From Octopus sinensis (taxonomy: Eukaryota): 64,000 nucleotides of DNA. The stretch is from the NCBI RefSeq assembly GCF_006345805.1, contig NC_043017.1:12462001-12526000 (forward strand). The letters are read 5' to 3'. The notes below the pieces were generated by a model. That model saw only the letters and a list, made by a program, of their open reading frames with translations. It did not search any database and had not been told where the DNA came from. Position numbers and translations under genes: made by a program. Each line of letters opens with the position of its first letter. Position 1 is the first letter of the stretch. Shown piece by piece: positions 53,955 to 64,000 of this stretch.

Positions 53955-54129
53955 CATATATATATACATATATACGACAGGCATCTTTTCAGTTTCCGTC
54001 TACCAAATCCACTCACAAGGCATTGGTCGGCCCGGGGCTATAGCAGAAGACACTTGCCCAAGATGCCATGCAGTGGGACTGAACCCGGAACCATGTGGTT
54101 GGTTAGCAAACTACTTACCACACAGCCAC
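53642..54129 (-). mobile_element. SINE family C
   Basis: Family C sequence in reverse orientation with an expanded internal TA tract. Confidence 0.85.
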
Positions 54130-55123
54130 ATATTGTATGCATATGTCTGTGCAAATATATATTTACACACACACACACATATGCAAAGCATATTTTCATA
54201 GAACTATGGATAAACCGTCAACACTGACAGACTGCTGCTGCTGCTCAGCTCATCCCACCACAGCAGCGGCAGCGGCAGCAGACAAAAGGATGCAGTCACG
54301 CTGTTTGGATTGAAGAAATCCATCAGATTCCATCAGCAGAAAATAGCTTAGACATTGCATGGTGATGGCACTACCGTTCAGCATCAGAAAACAGGCAGGT
54401 GATGTCTCTCAGAATTTCCTCTGGCATCAGATATCTCGCACATGTAGCGAGACTTGATTTGTGCAAAAGATAAAAATGGAAAACTGACAACTATGTTGTT
54501 CATTAGGCTTCAAACACAACGTCTGGATGCGATCACAATAATCATTGCTAGTCTAACATTGCTAGTCTCCATGCTAGCATGGGTTGGACAGTTCGACCGG
54601 GGATCTGGGAAGCCAGAAGGCTGCACCAGGCTCCGGTCTTATCTGGCAATGTTTCTACAGCTGGATGCCCTTCCTAACGCCAACCACTCCGTGAGTGTAG
54701 TGGGTGCTTTTTGTGTGCCACCTGCACTGGTGCCAGGCGAGGCTGGCATCGGCCACGGTCGGAAGCCAGTCGAGGCGGCACTGGCTTCGGCCACGATTCG
54801 GATGGTGCTTTTTACGTGCCACCGACACGGAAGCCAGTCGAGGCGGCGCTGGCATCGGCCACGATTCGGATAGTGCTTTTTACGTATCTCCAGTCCAGGG
54901 GTCAAAAGACTTTTTCTATTTCTATTCCTGAGCGCTATACTAATACATTTGTTTGTTTGTACTCTACCTACCTTAGTCTTTTGTTTATTTTCGTAAACTT
55001 TCCCGTTATATATATATATAGGAATTTAAAATGAGGGTGAGAAATTGGATATTAATCTAATTAATATCAATTTAACACCAGTGGTCTAGCATATTAAAAT
55101 CTGAAAGTTCAGTAAATTGTATT

Positions 55124-55336
55124 ATATACATATGAGAGGGATGACCACTATGTGGACAACCCTTATGCTAGAAGTAGATCTGCTTTGGTCTTACCACTAA
55201 GAAATGTTCTCAAGAAAAATTTAGAGGTGTTTGCTAAATTTTTTCTTGAGAACATTTCTTAGTGGTGAGACCAAAGTGGATCAACCTCTAGCATAAGGGT
55301 TGTCCACATAGTGGTCATACCTCTCATATGTGTATG
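55124..55336. repeat. Imperfect ~100-bp-arm inverted repeat in (TA)n
   Basis: catatgagagggatgaccactatgtggacaacccttatgctaga...tctagcataagggttgtccacatagtggtcatacctctcatatg. The terminus is related to 11921-11965. Confidence 0.8.
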
Positions 55337-55346
55337 TATATATATA

Positions 55347-55561
55347 GGCGCAGTCGTGGCTGTGTGGTAAGTAGCTTGCTAACCAACCACATGGTTTCGG
55401 GTTCAGTCCCACTGCGTGGCATCTTAGGCAAGTGTCTTCTACTATAGCCCCGGGCCGACCAATGCCTTGTGAGTGGATTTGGTAGACGGAAACTGAAAGA
55501 AGCCTGTCGTATATGTATGTGTATATATATATTATATATATATATAATATATATATATATC

Positions 55562-55594
<33 letters not shown>

Positions 55595-55780
55595 TTGTGT
55601 GTCTTGACAACCGATGCTGGTGTGTTTACGTCCCCGTCACTTAGCGGTTCGGCAAAAGAGACCGATAGAATAAGTACTGGGCTTACAAAGAATAAGTCCC
55701 GGGGTCGATTTGCTCGACTAAAGGCGGTGCTCCAGCATGGCCGCAGTCAAATGACTGAAACAAGTAAAAGAGTAAAGAGT
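55347..55780 (+). mobile_element. SINE family C
   Basis: Family C sequence. Further copies at 59453-59749 (+, 3' part missing) and 61928-62332 (-). Confidence 0.85.
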
Positions 55781-58514
55781 AATATATATATATATGTAAC
55801 ATACACACAGACATAGTCAGTCAAAAAGGCATTTAGTCTAACTGCATATTGCGATGTGTGCATGTAGTCTGATGGCTTCAGGTATTGCACCAACTTCATT
55901 TTAGACTTCATGACATTTGACCCACCCTGTGTGGTGTGTGTGTGTGCCAATGTCCTGTCATACCTATGTCCAACTGGCTGCAGTATGAGCAAAAGAGTAC
56001 CCCCCCACACACACACACACACATTGATATGCACGCATGCAAATAACTAAATTTGTTGCAAACAAATTTTTTTTTTAAATCAATAAAATGCATAAACAAA
56101 AAACAAATAAACAAAATGTTAAACACGAGTCTATATCCATGCTGGCATTGAAATAAAAATAAAATAAAATAAAATTTGAATAAAATTAGAAAAAAAAACA
56201 AACATAAATCAGTAAAGAAGGAAACAAAGAAAGAAAATTAATTAACCGATTAATTGATCAATTAATTAATTAAATTATAAGAGTGCAAGTTTCAGAACCT
56301 TATTTTGTCTTTTGGTGCGACGAACATATCACAGCTGTTAGTTGAAGAATCAGAAATGCTATTTAAGCCACACCTAAAATTTACCAAATCCAAAATATCA
56401 TAGTAAGCCTGTACACATAAACACACACAACACACACCACACACAATCATCATCATTATTACCATTTTTTTGAAGTCCATCATCTATGCTGGCATAGATT
56501 GGATGGTTCAACGGGATTTGATGGATCAAAAGACAGTGTCTGTTTTGGCATGGTTTCTACAGCTGGATGTCCTTCCTTATGTCAAATCACTTTACACACT
56601 GTTCTGAGTGCATTTTATATGGCACCAGCACTAGTGGGGTGGCCATGCAGCTTACTTACAAAATTAAGATCCTCTCTGACTGAGTGGAACTACAGTAGCA
56701 AAGGAGGCAGCTTTGTGTTGGTTGTTGAGAGGATAAACTATGAAGGAAGGAGCAAGAACAGGTTATCTTGCATTACATACGACTCAGTGGGACTATTTGG
56801 GATGGAGCTGGAGAAAGAGAGCGATAAAGAGGATTGTGATGAGATACCAACGTAGGGCCTCCAAGATGGACGCATGCACACACACACACACACACACACA
56901 TACACACACACAGGGTAAGAGAATTCTTGGGAGTGGAGAGCAACAATGACAGAGAAATGTGTGAGAAGGTGAAGGTATTGTTCATGTGCTTTCCTGACTT
57001 TAATTACAGGTATAAAGCATCTGAATTTGATCAACCCTTCAGCATTCAGATTACTCTGTCGAATGCAATGCTCATTTATTCACATTGTTTTGTATTAATC
57101 ATACATTATCTCCTAGCTTTCAGATTTCAATAACATGACAGTTTATTTTTAAAGTGGCATTGTAGGGTAAGTGTGATAGGCCAGATCTGGCCACTTTGAA
57201 CATAAAACAGGTAGAATACTTTGGCAGATATGGCTTGAATGCCAAAGAGTTAAGAAAATCCAGACATTTTATATCTGTATATAAATAGAGAAAACATACC
57301 TACATTTTCTAACTTATTTCTCTTTCATAGCTAAAATATTTTATTTTGGTCAAGCCAGTTGACCAAAATTCTTCCTTTAAAGAGCTAAGCTGAGGGAATA
57401 GTCAATGCCTTGGACAACATGCATAGAAGCACATCTCTGGTTATTCATGTTTTGATTTCAAATGCTGTCAAGGCTGACTTTGCTGTTCATCCTCTTGGGA
57501 CAGATAAAATAAAGTACCAATTGAGTATTGAGGTCCATGTCATCAACTTTCCCACATCACCAAACTTTCATCATAGATGCCTAGCACCAGAGGACAACAG
57601 ATGTTTGGGACAACAAAATAATTGATTAAAGTGACTCCCAACGCCTGGTGGTTGTATTTTTTTTTTTTTTATGCTTAAAAGGAGGAATGGTTAAGATCTG
57701 CCCTAAGGTGAGATCTGAACTTAGAAATGTAAAGGAAAATGGTATATGAGTGTCACAAGGGATATTGCCAGACACTAAAAAAATTTTTTAAAAGTGAGGA
57801 TCAGCATCAGAAATGGCATCAAACCATAGAGTACTTGCCTTGACAAGTCTCCTCCAACCCATGCTAGGATGGACAAAGTGGACGTAAAAATAATGATGAT
57901 GATGACACACAACAACACACATGGAAATTTTGTATGAATATTGCAGCATTGTCACAAAAATACGACTCAACCGGATCCACAACACACACACAAATATATG
58001 TGAAAATTCAAAATGGAACATGGAAATAAATAACAGGAAAAAAACAGAAGACAAAAAAAAAACATGGAAATCCTCTCATCAGCCATGGAGACCAGAATAC
58101 AAGTGCAGTTCCAGGACATTTTAGGCTTTGTAAACTTAAACTCCATCCCACTGATATGGGTGATTCACTGAAGTGATGGACAAACAAGAACAAAACAAGA
58201 GGGAGAGACGACAAAATACAAGTGGGATGGGAAATTACAGATAGAAACATAACAGTTACAGAATTATATATATATAGATATATACACACACACACACACA
58301 TACATTCATATATATATGTACATTCATATATATACATACATATATACACATGCATATATATATATATATCTATACATATATATATATATATATATAGATA
58401 TATATATATAATACATCATAGATATATACATACATAATATACATACATAGATATATACATACATATGGATATTATATATATATATATAACGAACATAGAT
58501 ATACACATGCATGG

Positions 58515-58547
<33 letters not shown>

Positions 58548-58694
58548 TATATATATACACATGCATACGGATATAATATATATATATATATATATAAACA
58601 TATGCACATATATTCATACACACACACATACATGTATATATCTATGCATTAGTCATGAGATTCATGTGTAAAGTGCGTATGTCATCTGACTTAC

Positions 58695-58849
58695 TTTGGT
58701 GTTACCGTTTTGCTCCACAGCAGGCACTGGATAAGAATTTTTGGGAGCACTGTTTTTTGGACCAAAACAGCAGAAGAATTTATTCAATAGGCCACTCCGT
58801 CGCGGTTTTTTCAAGGAACCTGTTGTTGTTGTCGTTGGCGTCGTCGAGT
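58695..58849 (-). CDS. CTDSPL: Small CTD phosphatase (SCP/CTDSP family), N-terminal coding exon: (D)STTPTTTTTGSLKKPRRSGLLNKFFCCFGPKNSAPKNSYPVPAVEQNGNTK
   Basis: Acceptor tgtgtctctag, donor AAA|gtaagt, 155 nt, phase 1 to 0. KPR-x-G-L-x-x-FFCCF and VEQNG match the KPRSR..LFCC..VEENG exon of vertebrate CTDSP1/CTDSPL. The symbol denotes the family; the paralogue cannot be assigned. Confidence 0.9.
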
Positions 58850-59626
58850 CTAGAGACACAAAAAAAAAAATGAAAGAAATTAGTTCTAATGAATGATTAA
58901 AATTTTTATAAAAAAAGAAAACATATTTAAAACAAAAAGAAGAAACGAAATAAATTTCACAGCCGCCAAATAGAAAGAATATGACTTTGGTTTCAAACAT
59001 AGGTGCAAGTACTTTTTTTTTTTTTTTTTTTTTTTGCTTCTTGGTTAGGAGTGAAACCTGTTTAATCGACCACACCATTCAATGAGGACTTTATTTTATC
59101 AAGCACCAAAACAATGAAATTCAAACTTGGCTTCAGGAGGATTTGAACTCAGAAAGTCAAGTACGATAATCAAATACTGTAAGGCCTTTTGTCTGACACT
59201 CTCACAAATCTGCTAATCTTCCATCAGACCGAAATATGTCTGATATTTATATCAGACAATATTAACCAATGTTCCGTCTTTTCTAATGTTGTAGGAAGTG
59301 ATTGAGAAGGCACTGAGAGGCTATTTCTCACAGATCAGGCAACTAGATGCAAGGAGCTTTTCAGCACCTCTTTCAGCACCTCCTTTACAGGATATCAGAT
59401 TGAGATTACCAACCACAACCTTCCCAAATAGATATATATATATATATATATAGGCGCAGGAGTGGGTGTGTGGTAAGTAGCTTGCTTACCTACCACATGG
59501 TTCCGGGTTCAATCCCACTGCGTGGCACCTTGGGCAAGTGTCTTCTACTGTAGCCTCGGGCCGACCAATGCCTTGTGAGTGGATTTGGTAGACGGAACTG
59601 AAAGAAGCCCGTCGTATGTATATATG

Positions 59627-59684
<58 letters not shown>

Positions 59685-60867
59685 TGTGTGTGTGTTTGTG
59701 TGTCTGTGTTTGTCCCCCTAGCATTGCTTGACAACCGATGCTGGTGTGTCAATTGAACACAGGTTCAATTGACACCTCCACTTCCTGCTTATCTATCATC
59801 ATCATCGTTTAATGTCCATCTTCCTGGTTATCATCAATTAGATTCCATCTTCCATACTGGCATCAGAAATGGCATGTCTGATGAGCTGGAGGGCTGCATT
59901 GAACTCCAGTGTTCTGATGTCTACCTTGGCATAGTTTCTGTGGTTAGAATTGCCTACCCTCATGGGCATTCTAACCAACCACACATGGTTCTGGGTTCAG
60001 TCCCACTGCATGGCACCTTGGGTAAGCGTCTTCTACTATATTTTAATTTTTTTTTATGCGCCCTTTTCAAGCCTAGCCAGGCTCATGGGCTTAGTTTCCC
60101 GGTTTCTGTGATGTACGTGTTCTCCACCAGCTGGACGGGATGCCAGTCCATCGTAGCGTTACTCAAGAAACAGGAAGAAAGAGTGAGAGACAGTTGGGGG
60201 GCGAAAGAGTACAACAGGAGTCACCACCACCCCCTGCTGGAGCCTCGTGGAGCTTTAGGCGTTTTTGCTCAATAAACACACACAACACCCGGTCTGGGAA
60301 TCGAAACAGTGATCCTCTGACCGCGAGTTCGTTGCCCTAACCACTGGGCCATTGTGCCTCCACATCTACTACTATAGCATTGAGCCAACTGAAGCCTTGA
60401 GAGAGGAAACTGAAACTGGAAACTGAAAGAAGTATGTGTATATATGTATGTGTGAGTGTGTGTCTTTGTGTCCGTGTTTGTCCCCTGCTTATTGCTTAAC
60501 AACTGGTGTTGATGTGTTTACATCCCTGAAACTTAGCGGTTCAGCAAAAATAAAAATCGTAAGTTAAGTACCAGGCTTAAAGAACAAAATAAAAACAAGT
60601 ACTCGGACCAGTTCATTCAACTAAAACATTTTTAAGGTGGTGGTAACCCTAACGTGGATGCAGTGAAAGAAGTAGAAGCTAAAAGATAAGGTAGAATTTG
60701 AACTGAGAACATAGAGCTTCTAGAGTTGCTTGTTGTGAGCCACTCAGTGACATGCTGTACCAAACAGTTCCTATCACTGACGTAAAAAGTAGTTGAAGTG
60801 ATACAGTCTGCAAGAGTAGTTTTAACTATGTCCTACTTTAAACGTTATGAGTTACCATCATTAATCT

Positions 60868-61201
60868 TGGTGGTGGTGGTGGAGGTGGTGGTGTGGTGGT
60901 GGTGGTAGTAGTGGTGGTGGAGGTGGTGGGGTGTGTGGTGGTGGTAGTAGTGGTGGTGGAGGTGGTGGTGGTGGTGGTGGTGGTGGTAGTAGTGGTGGTG
61001 GTGAGGTGGTGGTGGTGGTGGTGGTGGTGGAGGTGGTGGTTTTGGTAGTGGTGGGTGGTGGTGGTGTTGTGGTGGTGTAGTAGGGGGGGTGAGGTGGTGG
61101 TGGTGGTGGTGGTGGTGGTGGTAGTAGTGGTGGTGGAGGTGGTGGTGGTGGTGGTGGTAGTAGTGGTGGTGGAGGAGGTGGTGGTGGTGGTGGTGGTGGT
61201 A
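60868..61201. repeat. (GGT)n microsatellite
   Basis: Directly visible. Confidence 0.97.
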
Positions 61202-61479
61202 GTGTTGTTGTCGTTGTTTCTGCTGTATTTACTTGGTTATGCAACTAATAAACCAAAACAAAATAAATAGATAAAGTACTTAGAATAATTGGTACCTACT
61301 TAAAATGGAACCAATCAAACAGAACTCAGCAAAAATACCAAAAAAAAAAAAACCCCACCTAAATTAAAAGCTCACTCCCCCCCCCACACACACCTCAAGC
61401 ACAACCTTCACCACCATTGCCACAGCAAATGTGAAAATTTGCCAATGCAGGAAATTATTAATTTGTTGGGTGTCTATTA

Positions 61480-61485
61480 TTATTC

Positions 61486-61527
<42 letters not shown>

Positions 61528-61608
61528 ATTATTATCACTACTACTATCATCATCACCATCATATTATTATTATTATAATTATTATCACTACTACTATCAT
61601 CATCACCA

Positions 61609-61642
<34 letters not shown>

Positions 61643-61713
61643 ATTATTATCACTACTACTATCATCATCACCATCATCATATTATTATTATCATTATTAT
61701 TATCATCATTATT
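61480..61713. repeat. (ATT/ATC)n microsatellite
   Basis: Directly visible. Confidence 0.95.
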
Positions 61714-61729
61714 ATGTAGTTTAACCTAC

Positions 61730-61742
61730 CTTCTCTTGTCAT
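61730..61742 (-). CDS. Candidate start of the CTDSP CDS (ATG ACA AGA GAA G; MTRE) in a 33-nt exon 61730-61762
   Basis: tttttttgttttag acceptor, AAG|gtaggt donor. It ends in phase 1, matching the 58849 acceptor, and gives a 248-aa ORF. An in-frame TAA precedes the ATG. No transcript evidence. Confidence 0.4.
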
Positions 61743-62143
61743 ATCGTATTTGTTTACTTACACTAAAACAAAAAAAGATAAAAGCTTCCACTGCAGGACT
61801 GCTTAATTTTCTGCATTTTGTTTGTTCATTAAAAGTTACGTCTATAAATAGTGTAGATATAGTAGAGTGACATACATCAATTTATATCTAGTATGTGAGC
61901 GTATGTATGTGTGTGTGTATGTATATATACTCTTTTACTCTTTTACTTGTTTCAGTCATTTGACTGCAGCCATGCTGGAGCACTGCCTTTAGTCGAGCAA
62001 ATCGACCCTGGGACTTATTCTTTGTAAGCCCAGTACTTATTCTATCGGTATCTTTTGCCGAACCACTAAGTGACGGGGACGTAAGCATACCAGCATCGGT
62101 TGTCAAGCAATGCTAGGGGGGACAAACACAGACACACACATAC

Positions 62144-62175
<32 letters not shown>

Positions 62176-62329
62176 GACAGCCTTCTTTCAGTTTCCGTCT
62201 ACCAAATCCACTCACAAGGCTTTGGTCGGCCCGGGGCTACAGCATAAGACACTTGCCCAAGATGCCATGCAGTGGGACTGAACCCGGAACCATGCGGCTG
62301 GTAAGCAAGCTACTTACCACACAGCCACT

Positions 62330-62358
<29 letters not shown>

Positions 62359-62360
<2 letters not shown>

Positions 62361-62578
62361 AGGGGGTGCTGAAAAGCTCCTGGCTTTGGCTAAAAGAAAA
62401 TACAGGAGGATCAGTTAATTATGATTTTATTCAATACATTTATTCTCCTCTCAGATTCACACAATTATTGCAGTAGTCCTGTTTCTATAAGCCCTGTAAA
62501 AGGGCTTGGAAGGTTGAGCCTCCAGCCAGGCCTTTCACAATACCCTAAAGCCAAGGAATTTTCAGCATGCAGTCTTGA
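62359..62578. mobile_element. mariner-like MITE
   Basis: agggggtgctgaaaagctcctggcttt / aaagccaaggaattttcagca inverted ends. Related partial copies at ~4834-4970 and 42078-42180. Confidence 0.55.
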
Positions 62579-62639
62579 ATGTCTCTGTTTTTATTCATAC
62601 ATGCATATATACATATACATACAGACAGACAGACAAACA

Positions 62640-62988
62640 GAAAGGATGAGAAAGAAAGAAAGAAAGAAGAAGGAAAGAAAAAGAAAGAAAAAAAGAAAAG
62701 AAAAGGAAAGAAAAGAAATAAGGAGGAGAAAGAAAAGAAATAAAGAAAGGAGGAGAAAGAAAGATAGAAAGAAAGAAAGAGAAAGAAAGATAGAGAGGGA
62801 GGGAGGGAGGGAGGGAGGGAAAGAAAGAAAGATAGGAGGGGGAAAGAAAAGAAAGAAAGAAAGAAAAGGAGGAAGGGAAAGAAAGATAGGGAGGAAGGGA
62901 AGAAAGATAGGGAGGAAGGGAAATAAAGAGAGAAAGAAAAGAAGGAGGGAAAGAAAAAAAGAAAGATAAGGAGAGAAAGAAAGGAAGA
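62640..62988. repeat. Polypurine (GAAA/GGAA) tract
   Basis: ~350 bp of almost purely A/G. Confidence 0.95.
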
Positions 62989-63503
62989 ATCGCTCCCCGT
63001 GTGAGTGATAAAAATCCAGTCTCTTAAAAAAAATTTTTTAAAAACTACTTTCAGAAACGAAAACATTAAAAAAAAACGATGAGAGTTATCTCCCTTGACA
63101 GCTCCACACACAAGATTCAATGAAAAAGAACGGTACGATAATCAAGGCACGTGTGTTAAGTGTAGAAAACTTTTGTCCTACGTATGGCTTTACAGGATAT
63201 CAGATTGAGATTACAGGGCTTTCATGTACCCCCCATGAGCATCCAGTGATTCACTTTTTTTTTTTAAATGAGTAAATAAATACGGTTGCAGCTGGGAACA
63301 CAGACTGAATGCCAATGGTTAAAGTGGTAAGTTATGGGCTCTCTCTCTCTCTCAAGATTAAAATAGGGCTTTCAGACGACAAAGGGTCTGAGGACACCTT
63401 TATCTCATCTCTTCCACCACCACTCACCAGTCGTCAAGGCCCTATAAAATGTCATGGGCACTACCTTTTCTTCGGATCACAAACACACGCACAAAATAGT
63501 ATG

Positions 63504-63920
63504 TGTTTCTTTATTACTCACAAGGGGCTAAACATAGAGGGGACAAACAAGGACAGACAAACGGATTAAGTCGATTACATCGACCCAAGTGCGTAACTGG
63601 TACTTAATTTATCGACCCCGAAAGGATGAAAAGGCAAAGTCGACCTCGGCGGAATTTGAACTCAGAACGTAGCGGCAGACGAAATACCTATTTCTTTACT
63701 ACCCACAAGGGGCTAAACATAGAGGGGACAAACAAGGACACACAAACGGATTAAGTCGATTACATCGACCCCCAGTGCGAAACTGGTACTTATTTAATCG
63801 ACCCCGAAAGGATGAAAGGCAAAGTCGACCTCGGTGGAATTTGAACTCAGAACGTAACGGCAGGCAAAATACCGCTAAACATTTCGCCCGGCGTGCTAAC
63901 GATTCAGCCAGCTCGCCACC
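63504..63920 (-). mobile_element. SINE family A, head plus 2 bodies
   Basis: Junction gaaatacc|tatttc at 63688/63689. Confidence 0.85.
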
Positions 63921-64000
63921 TTTCCGTCCATATTTGAGGATTGAAAAAAAGTTTACATGGAACCAAATATGATTTGAACTCAAAACTAGAAGCTGGAAAA

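Noticed and set aside
61233-61244. 12-nt microexon candidate with good splice sites
   Set aside because: Introduces TAA in the required phase-1 frame; it could only be a poison exon and nothing supports it.

Overview
AT-rich, microsatellite- and SINE-dense animal DNA. The repeat families suggest an octopus/coleoid cephalopod (inference). There is one 100-N assembly gap at 6808-6907. One protein-coding gene is clear: a minus-strand small CTD phosphatase (SCP/CTDSP1-CTDSP2-CTDSPL family, FCP1-type HAD domain, DLDET motif). I resolved 7 GT-AG coding exons (58695-58849, 28607-28708, 26324-26380, 22474-22566, 20852-20950, 19761-19847, 18242-18382) that join in frame, with a ~30 kb intron and a candidate ATG exon at 61730-61762; the usual first exon may lie beyond the window. 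Almost all other ORFs in the supplied track are microsatellite or SINE artefacts. Repeats include three tRNA-derived SINE families, RTE- and CR1-type LINE 3' ends, a Helitron and several MITE types. The most interesting signals are: (1) a SINE that recurs at 5 separate loci as one head plus 2-5 tandem ~184-bp bodies (one locus 5'-truncated), always joined at the loop of its anticodon-like hairpin, suggesting a cleavage/ligation or rolling-circle step; (2) long fold-back palindromes in (TA)n tracts, one with 267-bp arms and an apparently intact minimal hammerhead ribozyme with a compensatory U3:A8 pair; (3) candidate frame-interdependent microexons in the large intron.
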